Of a stretch of 64,000 nucleotides of DNA, positions 38,957 through 52,591 are shown in pieces. A model generated the notes under the pieces. It did not search any database. It was given only the letters and a program-made list of their open reading frames with translations, and had not been told where the DNA came from. This DNA comes from Octopus sinensis (taxonomy: Eukaryota), in contig NW_021833116.1 in the NCBI RefSeq assembly GCF_006345805.1, positions 150,621-214,620 on the forward strand. Direction: 5' to 3'. A program made the translations under genes and the position numbers. Every line of letters begins with the position of its first letter. Position 1 is the first letter of the stretch.

Positions 38957-39229
38957 TATGTTAGATTAAATAGGCGTTTTATGCTTGAGAAACGATAATC
39001 ACTATCAAGTATTTTTTCTTTCATTAGTTGAACCCCCAAAAAGTCCATTTTGTAACCCAAAACTTTTGTTAATAATAAAAAATAGTGGCGAGATTTAGAA
39101 TTTGGTGAGGAATAGAGGTTTCTTTAGAAACTTTCATTTTTTTGAAAAAATGTTACGAGCAATAGAGGTTTGACCGTATAAACATTTTATTCTCAAATTC
39201 ATAAAACGTGATGAAAATTCTAATCCAAA

Positions 39230-39980
39230 TTCCATAAATGTTTTCATATTCATGAAGATTCCAAGACCTTATGAACCCATGGTTTCTCCAAAACCGAATG
39301 AAGATATCACTTGGGAAATCAAGCACTACGATTATCTCTTCATACAGGAAACATACAGCACTGGACCCAAAAATAACTTGGGATGGACAACTAATCCCAG
39401 TTAAAAGGAACCCTTCAATCATTGGGGTTACATTCGACCCACTAATGACGTTCAAAAATCAAATGAAGTCAGTGGCTTCACAAATCCAAAAGAAGATCGG
39501 AATTCTCAAAGCTTTTGCCAGATCTCCAGTATATTCTATTCCTCATTTCGAATTATTATACAAACAATATATACTGCCTACAATTGAACACGCATGTGCG
39601 TCGTGAATCACGCCATTGTCAATATCCGCACAAAATAAACTGGAAGTCGTACAGAACCAGTGCTTACGGATTTTACTGAAACGTGATAAAATGACGCCGC
39701 CTTCGGAATTGAGAAATACACTCAACGTCAAAAAATTAATGGACTATCTTACAGAAAGACAGCACATCTTCTTAACGATGGCAAGATCTACCGGAGGTCC
39801 CCTTGAAGAGGAATATCTTGCCTATGAGAAGTATGGTAGGAAATTTGAGAAAAAACCATCCCCCTTTTGGAAGTCGAGACAAGGAAGAGATAAAAGGAGA
39901 CGCACTGACACCGGGGTCACTTAATTAGACGATTACTATTCCTCTTTCCTGTGTTCCCAGGATTAAATAATAATAATAAT
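39230..39980 (+). mobile_element. 5'-truncated LINE 3' end (RT thumb) with (TAA)n tail
   Basis: IGVTFDPLMTF, LYKQYILPTIEHA, LEVVQNQCLR; taataataataat at ~39968-39980. Confidence 0.7.
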
Positions 39981-40339
39981 TTATAAAGATCGGTATAATT
40001 TGTAGAAAGAAAAATCAAAAAATTCCTCATATCTTTTCGTAGCTGTAATTTTTATAACGTGAATTTATTTTTTTAAAATAAATAATAGGCCATTTATTTA
40101 TTTATTTGGTTATTGTTAAACTTCCATCAAACTGTATTGCTTTTCAAATAAGAAACACACTTTTTTACTTATCGATATTTTTAATGAATTCTGAGCAGCA
40201 TTTTTAGCAAAACAGAACATCTGAATATCAAGGTCCGAATATAGGTCAAAATATCGATCAATAGGTAAAAAGTGTAACACGATAAAATAGATAGAGTACG
40301 GCTTGCTTGTCACAACTAATTTAAAATAAATATAAAAAT

Positions 40340-40460
40340 ATTTTACTAGTGGCTCACGGGCCAATTTTATCTAGTAAAATTTCTCGGCTGGTAAATTACC
40401 TTTAGTATTAAAATTTTGTTCGTGGGCCATTTGTTATTCTTTACGGGCCGCCGCTATTTA
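40340..40460 (-). mobile_element. Possible Helitron 3' end
   Basis: Minus strand ggcccgtgagccaCTAGt with repeated gggcc motifs. Confidence 0.3.
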
Positions 40461-41499
40461 CCGATCTCTGGTATAAATTTTTGTACAAACAAACCATACT
40501 TGTCAAATATAAATAAAGAGTGCCAGTTTTCTCAAACTATTTTTCATAACTGGGAAAATACAGTGGACGCAAGAAAATGGTTTTCCAATTTCTTGAATTT
40601 TTTTATTGTATGATATGTCAATTTATTTAAATTTTAATTCTCGGAAAGTAAACTCTTGAGTTTTTTTAATTTTAATTATTTTTTCTCAAAAATGAGTGAC
40701 CTGGAAAATTATCTCAGTTTAGTTTGTTTGTTCTCAATCGAATTATTTTTATTTTTTTTCAATTGCATATAAGACTTTTCAGATGGGCACATGTTTCGAA
40801 AATTTAAGATAAATAAAATCAAAAGAAATTAAGAATTCTCACTCAATCAAAAACGATAGTAGAAATTGCGTGAATACCGAAATGAATCATTAGAAAAATT
40901 AGTAAAATGCATTATATTAGACTAAAGAATGAATGGGAGGTCTAAATTTTTTTGCCCGAGTCCCCAGTACAGACTACCAAATTTGCAGGTTCCTGGAATA
41001 TTGTAAAAGACATATCCGGGCCATTGAAGACTTCAGATTGTCACAAGTGCACTTCCACCCTCAAATTGAAGAATCCAGGATTCTAAATCATTTGATCACA
41101 TTTAGGAACTATGGTGGACAGAATTCTCAATGCTATTAAATATATCAATCGAACTTTCGTAATCTCCGCGCTGAGCCACTGCCTCGACGTGTGAACTGAA
41201 GTGGAGCTAACTCGATAAAGAGTAGACATTATGAGGTTACAGAAAACGAATACTCCGAGGAAGGACAAAATACTAGCACGAGGATTGTTCAGGGAGGCCC
41301 AGACCAGTAAATTGAAAATTTTATTAATCTAACTATTTAACTTCACGCTTTATTTTGAATAAATGGTTTTAATTAATCGTATAGTTCTATAAAGAAAAAT
41401 GTCATTGAAATATCTATGTTCCTAAAATTGTCATTCCCGATAGTTTAATATCTCTATTTTTTAGGTTGGAATATTAGTGACAAACTATACCATTTACAA

Positions 41500-42365
41500 G
41501 TCAATTTTGCTGCTGAGAAACATCATTTTGCAATCTGGAAATTAAATTTGCAGTCAAGAATGTCAATTTTGCAATGAAGAAATCCGGTTTCCGGTTGCGG
41601 TTAGGAAAATCATTTTTGCAAATAGTAAATGAATTTTGCGGCTGGGAAAATCGATTTTCCAATCAAGAAATTAAATTTGCGGTCATGAAAACCAATTTTG
41701 CAAGTGAGAAATTCTATTTTGCAAGAAAATTTTTATTACAAAAAGAATTGTCAGTTAAATCTTCACATCGAATAACTGAGGGGTAATATCTCTCCTCATG
41801 ATTCGAGAATTCCATTAAACTTTGTGGAGTTAATACTTCTTTTGCCTCAATTGCAATCCTTTCCAAGATTCTCATTCTGAATTCGGTTATTGACAGTCCC
41901 TCTGCAGTTTTTTTATAATTTATAATTTTTTTTTTTTAAATCCTAAATTTTTATTATTAAGATAAGCGAAAAGAGTTAAAATGCGCAGCGGATCGACTGG
42001 CAATTTCCGCGTATGATGGCCATTTATAATTATATCCATATTTTCACGAATTCTTTTCTTTACTTCAGCTTTGAATGAACTCCAAGCAAGCTCTATTGGG
42101 TTGATTAAATAAAAATATGGCGCTAGTCTTAATAATTCACTATTTTCTCCTGGATTTATTACAGACTCAAATTGACTGTGAATAGGAGCATTATCAATTA
42201 CGAATGTTAGATGTGTAACTCATGATGCATCACATTCATTAATAAGTTGCCTAAACCAGTAATATTCCTACTAGCAAAATCGATTTTCTTAACCGCAAAA
42301 ATCATTTCTTACTTGCAGGAATGAGTTTACTGACCGCAAATTAAATTTCGTACTTGCAAAATAGA
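41500..42365 (-). mobile_element. IS630/Tc1-like DDE remnant flanked by inverted modular ~20-nt repeats
   Basis: Minus strand IDNAPIH, LRLAPY, NPIELAWSSFK; ttttgcaa/aaatttgcggt modules at 41500-41730 are mirrored at 42270-42365. Confidence 0.55.
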
Positions 42366-43401
42366 GTCGTACTCCCTAAAGAAACTGGGACATCTTTGTT
42401 CTTCGCGGTCAAGGACCTAGGGAATTTACTTCCTCATTCAGAGGATCCTGCTGGCTGTCATGCGTGGCAACAGCTGTTCCCTCCGTCTCGCTGGGAGAAT
42501 TTATTAGTTTGTTGACTTTACTTAGTAGTTTGACTTATTTATTTTGAATTTGTTAGAGTTGTAAATGGTATAGAAATATCAATTCCTATTACTTGTCAAA
42601 ATATTATTAACCAGCATAATATTTATTGCTATTGGTTCGATTCTAGTCTCCCGGGTACTGAGAAGGATTCACCCGTCGTTACTACCGATGGATGAGGTTG
42701 TTCGATTTTGTGCAACAAGTGGACACACAAGCCTACTCATTAAAGAAAGAAACCTGATTTCTGTAAATGAATTTGGATCACAAATGAGACGACTGGTTAT
42801 AAAGAGAATGATCTGTCCTCAGAATAGGCGCATAGTATTTTCAAACACGTGAGATACATAATTGAAAGCACACGTATAGTATCAAGTGGACTAATTATGG
42901 TATTCATGGCTGCGAGTGGACCATACCCCAAAGGATACCATAACAAGTGCAAGTTGATTATGACGACTCGAAGATGACCATACATGACGTGTATAACGAC
43001 TTATCTGTCAAATTAACTGGCTTTGAAACTTAATGGCCCAATGAGTTGTTGATTGTTACCTGCCTGTCAAATTGAGAGTGCTACAACGGTTAAATAACCC
43101 AGATGTTCAAAAGTGAGCCCAAATGGAAAACAAAAGCGTACCCTATCAATGCTTTTATTTTTATAAGCTTAGTCAAAAAAGTTTATTACAGCGATACTTG
43201 GCTGGTGACATCCATGTGTACATAATGGCGGAATTTTTTAATCCTCGATGTTGGCTCTTATTATTGCGAAGAATAGATTAAAGGTTTAGGATTGTTCATT
43301 CACTAACAGTAAATATAAGCTGAGTTTTGGAGTATTTTGCATTGTCCCATCCACTCCGTAGAAGATTTGGAGGCTAATGCTGATCGGCACAGACAGTTCC
43401 T

Positions 43402-44133
43402 TCTTTCATTGGCTTCTTCATTCGATTAGTTAGCTGTGACTGTTTGTGCTGGGTTTGTTTTGCAAGCTTGGGGGTTAATAAATAAAAATAAATAAGCTGA
43501 GTTTTGACCTGAATTAGTTTCACCCTACTGATTTTCTAAATATAAGCTGAGTCACAGTAATTCTGCACATTAAGTGAGTAACCTCAGGGTCAGACATGCA
43601 CTTGATTGAAAAAGCAGTGATGCCAGTTAACAATTGCAAATTTATCCTGCACCTAACAACACTAGAAGCTGTTGTCATAACTTTGAATTTGACTGAGAAA
43701 AAGTACGAGAATGACATATTCTGGTACTCAAACTATACGTTCGAAGTATAGTGAAGATCTACTTATGTCCATCTTTATGTCTAAAATTTGTAAGAACATA
43801 CAATAATATTGCATGTTTGCAGGTGGATTGGCAATTATTCATGGTGGAAAGTGAGAATAATTCCCCAATACTTACTTAAAACGGAATTGTCTCAAAGTAG
43901 TACTAAACCACCAAGACACTCTTAGAATTGAAAAAGCAACCAAGGAAACATCTACTCTGTCGTGTTTAGGAGACATTGGAGAGCATTCAAGAGGAGAAAA
44001 ACATGGATTTTCTATATATTTCCATGAAGATAAGTTTGAAATTGAAAATAACTACAGAATAGCTCCGAATCTAAATTCAGATGTTTAATCATTGAAACTG
44101 ACTATTCGGCGTTGCTTGATCGTAAACAATCAT
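43402..44133 (-). pseudogene. Truncated TERT 5' part (duplicate lacking the RT domain at this position)
   Basis: Identical in order to the sequence upstream of the TERT RT motifs in copy 2, but diverges below 43402. Confidence 0.5.
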
Positions 44134-44357
44134 TTAATTTATTTATTTTTTTTTTTTTTTTTTTTTACAATAAATTATAATTAATTTAAATAGTTATTAA
44201 CTAACTAAATTCCCGCATCGTAAATGGAAACACAGTTTCCACGTACTATGGCCAAGGAAATTTATTTATCTTTAACAAAATGGAAATAAGTTATACCGTC
44301 ACGTAATTTTTAATAGAGAATTAAACACTATAAAGACTTTATCAAACAAATCAAAAA

Positions 44358-44429
44358 TGCCCAAGGTCGGAATTGAACCAACGACCTTTAGATCTTCAGT
44401 CTAACGCTCTCCCACTGAGCTACTTGGGC
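44358..44429 (-). tRNA. tRNA-Phe (GAA)
   Basis: gcccaag acceptor stem, ttaga-ctGAAga-tctaa anticodon arm, ggttcaattcc T-loop, followed by a T-run terminator. Confidence 0.95.
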
Positions 44430-44469
44430 GTAATTAATATCGTTTTAGTTTTAACGATACATACTATGA

Positions 44470-45542
44470 AATTATCCTGGTGATAGGTTAAGACTGTCCT
44501 GGTCGATCAAAAGGAGTACGACAACTTTATAAAATCAGTCCTTTTACAAGGAGGGAATAATATCATAGAGCTGACTGTTGAGTAATGTGGAGGTAATATT
44601 GTGGTGATGTCTTTACATATATGTATAGTCTGTATCCCTCATTGCTCGACCAGTTAAAGTATTTTTGTACAATGTGAAGATCGAGTGGATCTGTTTGTTC
44701 TAGTTAAAAAAGGTTGTTTGACTTGAGTGAGTGGTAGATGTGAATGGAAAGAGCTATCGACAACTACCGTCGACGTTGCCATCCTCCGTGTTGTAAAATT
44801 GATTTGTAGAATCTAAATGTAACACACGTGTCATACCCCTCATATGAGGACGATGAGAATTTGAGGACAAAGAAGAATTATCATCAAGACCAGTTGACCA
44901 AGTGACCCCTCCTTGTTGTGGGTGGAGGATGAGAGGATTGAGTATGATTATGTATTGACGAGGACACACGACTGTATTATGACATTACGGGAAGTTATTC
45001 AGTTATTTGTGGGATGCACAACCCTAACAATGTCAAGTTAGGAGACTTCTTGGGATTGTTGTCACCGATGTTGGTTCATGCAGTGCTCGATCGGTACTTC
45101 TACTTTGAGAATGTGTAGAGTATTCCACGAAAAGAATTGTCTGTGGTCCATTCGTTGGAATGGTGATCCCAATTGTGTTGTCGAGGTTGTGGATGTTTTC
45201 GAATGTTAGGTTGGAGAAGATCTACAACAAGTTATTTACCAGAAGGACTGGTCTATACGAGGATTGGAGGAGAGTGCAGAAGAGGACGTATTTACAGTCA
45301 CTCGACCATCAAAGTTCATTTTTCGAAACAGCCGAGGCCAAATCACTGCGTATCGAGCACTGTGTGACGAGATTGACATGCGATATGTTGGTGGCCACTC
45401 TCATTCCCAGCTGTTAAGAGACCCAACTGTCGAATCACATGCCACGTTGGACTATTCGACGCTCGGAGTGATGGAATACACCGCTGATTTGTTGATATAT
45501 TACGTCAATAGACAGAACTGTATTGACTGGGTGACCATGTAG
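44470..45542 (+). CDS. Unassigned multi-exon protein-coding gene
   Basis: Open segments separated by ~25-nt GT-AG gaps; last exon ORF 45264-45542; conserved in copy 2; no family recognised. Confidence 0.4.
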
Positions 45543-45723
45543 ACTCCAATGAGTACAAAACGAGAATTAAGAAAACAGATTTAGGAAAAATGTTTATCTA
45601 CCAATCAATTTTTGTGTATGTTAATTTAACTCAAACATTATCGGGCAGTCAAATCAGTCATTTGCAGACCACAATAAACAATTATAAAAATACATGAATT
45701 TATATCTCAAAATATAATTCCCA

Positions 45724-47192
45724 TCAAAGTTTGAGCTTTTTAGAGCCCAATGCCATTTTCTTACGAGAAGTACAATTCGAAGACTTCCTCTTGACCCCCT
45801 CACAACTTTATTATTCTCAATCGCAGAAAATAACGCTGCAGACGACTTGAGTGCTTTACTATTCCCCCCCTCAGCCACAACCCGTTTAGCCTTAGACTCC
45901 CCGACCTTCACCTTTGGCTGAAAATGCTGCCGAATCTTCTTTTTCCTCCTCTCCCTCTTCTTGTCCGTCGCCGACCTCTCATCCTTCCCCACAACACGCC
46001 CACTTTTACTTTTATTCTGCCAACATAATCCCCAATCCCAACAGTGATTTCCTCAGGTGCCAACATTTCCGTGGCCGCAGACGCTGTGATCGGGACTTTC
46101 TCCTCCGCGTACATGGCAGCCATATTATTCACCACCACCGCCTCCGGTTGTGTCTGCACTACACCACACTCCACCAACACTCGCAGGAGAGTAATAAAAA
46201 CTGGACAGGGCATTCAGTTTGGAGAACAGGGAGTTGAGAGAGGACCTCAATTCGTTGTGTGTCTCCACCAACTTCTGCTCAGACTGAGACTGGGAGACAC
46301 TCTGTCTGGTCACCTGAGTTGATTCCTCGTATATCTCCGCCAAACTCTTCTTGCTCTTCTCCTGGTCAATGGGGGCCTCCTTCCTGTACTCACCAGTCCC
46401 CTCCACTGGCCGCACCTTCCTCTCCACGTCGTCGAAAACCTTATTTTTGATCCTCTCAATGATCATGTCCTCCAAAGTCTGGTTGGACTCCACCGTCGTG
46501 GGGGCGGCTGAGTCATCACCACCAAGACAACCCGGAATGGAGGAGTAGTCGAATTTTAGATTCTCCTCGACCAATGAATCGACCGGTCTCGCCCTGGCCG
46601 TCACTTCCCCCTTCATTTGCCATTTCGGACATTCCAGTGACTTGGCCTCCGCCTCCTTTATTATTTTAGACATCTATTTGGGGGTTTCGGGGGGTGGCTG
46701 CCTGTCTTTCCTGCTTCTGGAATGCCGTGTCCTCTTCCGAGGATATTTCCTCCCCCAAATGTGTGTCGTACAGTAAATCGTCATCCTCCGAACTCAACCC
46801 CTCTTCTACGTCCTTTTCGAACTGTTCGAAGGCTGCCTGCTCGTCCTCCTCTTCGGAGAGGGAATTGTCCGACTCGCACTTTATTTCCTGGTCGGTGGAC
46901 TGGTTGGAGATGCAGTCGGAGGTGGACTCTTCAATGGCCGGGGTTTCTGGCTGTAGGAAGAGTGTGTGGTTGGGAGGGGGGATTGAGGGAATCAAGTTGG
47001 TGTTGATGAGTTGAATTTGCTGCCATATCTGCTCATGGTCGAGGCCTTGGGTGTATAACTGAGTCGGCAGGGTTGTTTTTGTTGGATTGTATGTTTGACG
47101 TAATTTTGTGTACTTTTCTGCTAATTTGTCGAGTTGTTGGGAAGATTGGCTTGAATTAAGTTATTTAGACGATACCTACGAAAAGTGACCAT
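45724..47192 (-). CDS. MPHOSPH10: U3 snoRNP protein MPP10
   Basis: QGLDHEQIWQQIQL, WQMKGEVTARARPVDSL, DQEKSKKSLAEIYE, LFSKLNALS, EMLAPEEI, C-terminal KKLKL*. Confidence 0.92.
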
Positions 47193-47439
47193 TAGATGCA
47201 ACAAGAGTGAACGTGATGTTGATCAATTTTTATTTTAAAATATATTTTTGATTTATTTTTAATTTAATTATACTACAATTAAAATATGCATAAACTAAAA
47301 TATTTCACTTTACTTGTTTCCTTATAAAAACGTCAAAATTATATTAAAAAACTGTTTAGAAAATATTTATTTAATATTTTTATTATTTAAAATATTATTA
47401 ATTTTATAGCTGCAAACTCTATTCACGTGTGTCAAACAT
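47193..47439. promoter_or_regulatory. AT-rich divergent intergenic region (probable bidirectional promoter) between MPP10 and TOE1
   Basis: Head-to-head start codons 247 bp apart; repeated at 61568-61812. Confidence 0.5.
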
Positions 47440-48776
47440 ATGACCTCCGACATTCGGGCACTACCAGTCATCGACATAACAAAGAATAATTTTGAGGCAC
47501 TCACTCCCGCCATAATCCAAGCAATCCAAACCTCTTCATTCCTCGCCTTCGATCTAGTCCTTCATTCCATTAATTTGATAGGAATTGAGTGGCCTCGGCC
47601 AACAACATGTTTTAAAATGCCAGTTTAACCCACAAAACTATTTTTAGAGATATGGAAGAACGATATTTAAAGTTCTCCGAAATAGTAAAGACACGTGCAG
47701 TCCTCTCTCTGGGAATATCCGCCTTCACTCATCTGAAAACACTCAACGACGGAATCCAAAGCTTCCTCGTGCAGACATTCAACCTGTCCCTCCTCTCCCA
47801 AGACCTCTACGTGGTCGACCCCTCCTCCCTCCAGTTCCTGACCAGCCACGGATTCGACTTCAACCAGCAGTACTCCCACGGAATACCCTACCATGCTGGG
47901 AATGACCAGGTGGGAGTGTTGTGCTCATTTAAGGGCACTCCCAATCCAGTTCGGGTCCTTTTTGGCCAAATTGTGAGGGCAAGGAAGCCGGTTGTCCTCC
48001 ACAACGGATTTATTGACATTATGTTCATGTATCATCACTTTTATGCACAACTACCCCCCAAACATTCCACCTTCGTCGCGGACTTGACACAAATATTTTC
48101 TGGTGGTGTTTATGACACGAAATACTTGGCTGTGCATGTCCTTCACTGGGGTGTCTCATTCCTGGCATACCTTTTCAGGAAATGGTCGTTGTTCCTCTTA
48201 TTCGTAGTCAGAGACTCAACATGGAATATTGCGATGGGGGGAAAAGAGGGCTGGTTTTGACATTCCCGACTTATCCCCCTAATTCTTTGTCCGTCAACCA
48301 AATTTTGTGTCGCTTCGAACATTCCGCGGACAGTTATGTTTCCACGTGCAAGAAGAGTCCAATCTGCAAGCAATTCTCCGTCCGTTCTGTTTATAAATTG
48401 GCAGAATCACGGCTGGTGTAGCGCGGGAAATTCGAAATGTTCGAAATCTCACAACATCGACCTGGCAATAGACCAGGAGTTGTTCGGGGTTGTGGGAGAT
48501 GAGGAAGATGGAGAGGAGACCGGTGGGTTGTCCGACAGTCTTGGGGCACATCGGGCTGGTTTCGACGCGTTTATGACGGGCTACATTATGGGCTTTATTC
48601 TGTCGCGACACGGGAAGAAGAGGCCGACCTCATTCGAAGACTTTGGGTTGGCACATCAGTCCAATCGGGTGGCATTGACTGCCAAAGGCATTCCCTTGTT
48701 AATTACTAAGAGTGTCTATTCCAAGTACTCTTTACCACATCGTTCTAAGTATGATCTTATTTTCAGTTCACAATAA
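47440..48776 (+). CDS. TOE1: Target of EGR1 (CAF1-family deadenylase)
   Basis: FDL^ELSG, HGFDFNQQY, VLHNGFID, YDTKY, CCCH finger (C...GWC...C...H), HRAGFDAFMTG; 25-nt introns. Confidence 0.92.
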
Positions 48777-49139
48777 TAAATCATTTTTTCTTTTTACTCT
48801 GCGTGGGTGTGGTCTGGCGCAATATGCCAGAATTGATGGAAATTAGATTCCAGCTGCTAAGTCTACTCGCCTCAATTTTTCATTGTCAGTGAGGTTGTAG
48901 ACGGGGATTGTTAAAATGGGACTCCCTACCTTCGCTGATTTAACATTACCAATGAAAAAACCTTTCCGATAAACAAATGAAGTTGGGTTAGGCAATGTTT
49001 TCTCCTGAAATCTCAAGAATTTCCATACGTAGCCAGTAATGATTTTAAACTTTAGTGTTGAGGTGTTTTTACACTTTCTGAAAATTATTTTGACATAAGA
49101 GATGTGCATGGGGAAAGACCTAGCAACCTACCCTGTACC

Positions 49140-50100
49140 TGAGACACAGTATCACACCGTCTGACAATCACCACTACGGTCATGATTTTGCTATTAACCT
49201 ACTAATTGCATCAAGTATGGAAAATCAATGACCGTGTTCCTGTTATCCTACTACTTTTATTATCTACAAAGAAATCCATGATGACTGTTATCATTGTTTA
49301 GGCTCCAATTGATGAACTGGACGAATTTTACAAAATCCTCGCGAAAACATACATCCGAGTTAATAATTCTTCAATGACGTTTATCTGTGGTAATTGACAT
49401 GCTAAAGCTGGGTTGACAGGACATAACGACGTTTGTAGGAGAAAACATGACACCCTGCAAAGCATAAAACCACTTGGGTCAGGACCAAGCGATCCAAGAT
49501 GACAGGTGTGTGTATATACATCAAATCCCCTATATTACCTCCCAATCGCATTAAAGAAATTGTTCCGACTCAGAAGTTATGAGAACGATAACTGACAGTG
49601 ACCACACCTGACAGTTCTCAGATTGAAATTTAGATGATACTTTGGAATCGAAGCAGTAAAGAGAAAAATTACTACTATGTTTGGCCGATACAGGTGAACC
49701 GAGAAGTAGGCAGATTCCAATCCTCACAGTGGCAACCAGCTGTTCAAAAAATAAGATTTCGCCCAAGCACGGGTCAGAGGGAAACTACTCATTTTTAAAC
49801 ATGCCAGCTAGCCCTAGTCTATGTGTTCGTACAACGTTGAAACTAATCAATGCATTAAAGACAATCGGTCAGCGGGCTATGATGGTAGACCGGGCGAGTT
49901 ACTAAAACATACCCCGACCAGGGTGCCAGAAATAGGAACTGGGCATTTCCCCACCTCTAATATGGAAAACTGTAATGAAGATTTTGAGGTCTATCGGCAC
50001 ACACGACTCCTTCACTCTGTCTCTGCCTTCGATTAGCTTGTTATGACTTGTTTTTGCTTGAGTTGCCACCTATGATGTGCAACTTTGGGGTTATGAAAAA
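49140..50100 (+). mobile_element. Degenerate RTE-like LINE fragment
   Basis: APE-like pieces (ELDEFYK, HAKAG, DSDHT-like) with many stops. Confidence 0.5.
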
Positions 50101-50363
50101 ACTCAGGAGATTGACCAAGTAAGTAGTTCACAGACGAGAAATACATAAAAAAACGTTTATTATAACATCAAAAATGAAATAATTTATCTTCAAAGAGTGT
50201 TCATGATCAGTAGAATACAAGCGTGACACAAAACGTTATACTTCGTGACTTTTGTGGGTCTTTTGAAGACTCGGGTTTGTCTCTCTTTAAAGGTTGCCGC
50301 CTCCTGGACGTGCTAATCATGACAAATCGGGAATGCATTAAAATGATTTAAAATCAAAAATGA

Positions 50364-50747
50364 CTATCCATAGACAGGCTTCTTGCTGTAGCTGAGATAA
50401 AGAATGTCGTTCACTGCAAAGCACTGGAAATTAAAAGTTAAGAAATGACGTCGTATAAGTCACCGAGGAGGGAGTAGAGAGAGGGGGAGAAAGACTTGTT
50501 GACATACAATTGCTATGAATGGGGGATATGAAATACTAGCTGGTCGGTAGAAGGAATCTTAAGAGTAGCCCGCAGTGTTTGGACTAATGTCTTGACTGAG
50601 TCTTCAGCATTGGCACTACATCTCGGGTTTTTGAGCATTGGGACATCATTGGACAGTGCTTCGCAGATTAAATTCACTTTTAATTTTAAGAGTCAATTTA
50701 CATTTTCTTGATTTTGGTTTTATGCAGTCCACATCACTCTCGGCCAT
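50364..50747 (-). CDS. ATG12: Ubiquitin-like autophagy protein ATG12 (4 exons, ~102 aa)
   Basis: Splicing 25-, 24- and 26-nt introns gives KLNLICEALSNDVPMLK...LKIPSTDQLQLYVNKSFSPS...GDLYDCFAVNDILYLSYSKKPVYG* with the C-terminal Gly; absent from the ORF track. Confidence 0.85.
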
Positions 50748-52591
50748 TATGGGAATATATATTTACTAAAATTCCACAAATAAAAAATGAGATAGGCAAA
50801 TCGAATCCCATGTATCCCAAATAGAGAATAATTTGAATATAAAGTATCCCTTCAGTGTGACGTCACAAGTTATTATTTGGACTAATAGATAGACTATACT
50901 CCCACTACTCCTCTCACTGTCCACGACAGTACGACTCTCGGTCTACAAAGAAGTACTTTGTTCTCCACTTGCCTGAGGACAAAAACTCGGGGATCTACGG
51001 CAATCAACGGTATGAGCTGTTGGAAAAGGACCCTTCTCATTCACGGAGAATAAGTCGTCTTCAGTGCTTATTTTTTACTCCTCCATTACTCACAAATCAC
51101 TCAAACTGCGACTATTAGTTTTTGACAACTATAAAATCGTTTTCTGGTCACTTATGGACGTTCTTATCATTTTTGACGTCTCCTACAAAGCCACCACTCG
51201 GCTCTACGACGTGATTCTCGGTCACTCGAAAGGGACCCCACTACCCAATGAAGAGCCACCAAGAACAGCAAATAGAACAGTATGGACCCCTTGTGCACAG
51301 ATTGATGGGGGAAATACTCAATCTGGACAAATAGAACTATAATAAAGAATAATGAGGAAAATAGTCAAGGATAACCTAAATGTGTATGTGAATAACACAA
51401 GAGGGGAATCTGTGGTCTATCAGATGCACATTGTCGTGGACTAATCAAACAAGCAAGACTTTTAGTGTGCCAAAGAACACTTTTTTATTGCCCAGTTGTG
51501 TGCAAACTGTCATGAAAATAATTTAAACGTGGAATGCCAAACCAATATAAAAAGTGTCGTTCTGGTAAAAGTTAAAAGTACCTCAAATAATGAAAATCTA
51601 TGAAAACATGCCTTCAGAAACCTTTGCTATATTGAGAAGGTATGATGTGTGGATAACACTGCGGGACGACAATTTTTATGGGAAGCTAGTGTTTCTTAAA
51701 GATCTCAGAAGGTTGGGGTCCGGCCTAATTTTTACGAAAAAACCTTTGACAGAGAAGACAGAATAAATTCTATGTTTTTAAACCGCACGATGCATCCTTT
51801 GACAGTACGAATACTGAATGAATATGCCTCTGTCTGCAGAAATAAATGATGTGTCATTTTTATACAGATGAATACTCCGGCGGGGGTTGAGTTGGCGAGG
51901 GTGTTGACAGGACTCGGAACTCAACGGGGAAATAGGGTAAAAGATGACGTCTATGGAGGATATGAGTGATGACACAAAGAGGTACGCCACATTCTCCATC
52001 GACTTGACTACAGGGCGACTGGAAACAAGCAAAATAAATTCCTCGTGACCTCCGAGCCTCTGACTCAGGACCTTAGAGTCTGTTTGAAGATTTACACTGT
52101 CTTGTCCAAGTCGTAGATTCCACCTTTTTTGTATTTCTACAACTGAAGTGGACGAACAAAAAACATGGCACAAGCGAAACCGAACGTGCATTACTAACTA
52201 CTGTATATTAACAAATAACCCATTTTAATCCGCTAAAAATGAACTTATCCGATTTAAAATTTCAGCAGGAATTAGTTTCCTGACGTTCGAGTAAAATTAC
52301 AAAACAATTTTGAACGAAGATACTTCTCGAATGGGTTCCCAATGGGAGGAGTGTGGAGCATAAAACACAAATTGGAATCGAATTCTTCTGAAATAAACAA
52401 AATCTTGTGGAAATGATTAATGGAATTTGCAATCACTTAAAGATATTCGAGAATTGATCGAAAGTACGCCGAATAGATCTTATTTAATAATCGTCGACAC
52501 TAACGTTTCAATTTTGTAAGTGTTACAGTCATAAAAAAAAATTTGTATTTGAAAAACCGTTTTTTTCTACGAGAAATGTGAATCACAAAGA

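Larger units (their letters stand above)
43402..49640 (+). repeat. Segmental duplication, copy 1 (homologous to 53863-64000)
   Basis: Continuous near-identity from tctttcat(t)ggcttcttcattcg to gttctcagattgaaatttagatgat, apart from insertions in copy 2. Confidence 0.95.

Noticed and set aside
43201-43227. HYVHMDVTS on the minus strand resembling TERT motif A
   Set aside because: No following second Asp or B'/C motifs in 42400-43400; treated as coincidence
45020-45028. aaccctaac, a possible TTAGGG telomerase-RNA template about 1 kb from the TERT start
   Set aside because: A 9-mer is expected by chance in 64 kb, it lies in an apparently protein-coding stretch, and no supporting structure was seen
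51000-52250. ORF 51778-52191 with a short MENVAYL stretch reminiscent of TMEM231
   Set aside because: The conserved TMEM231 C-terminal W/F motifs were not found; probably coding but unassigned
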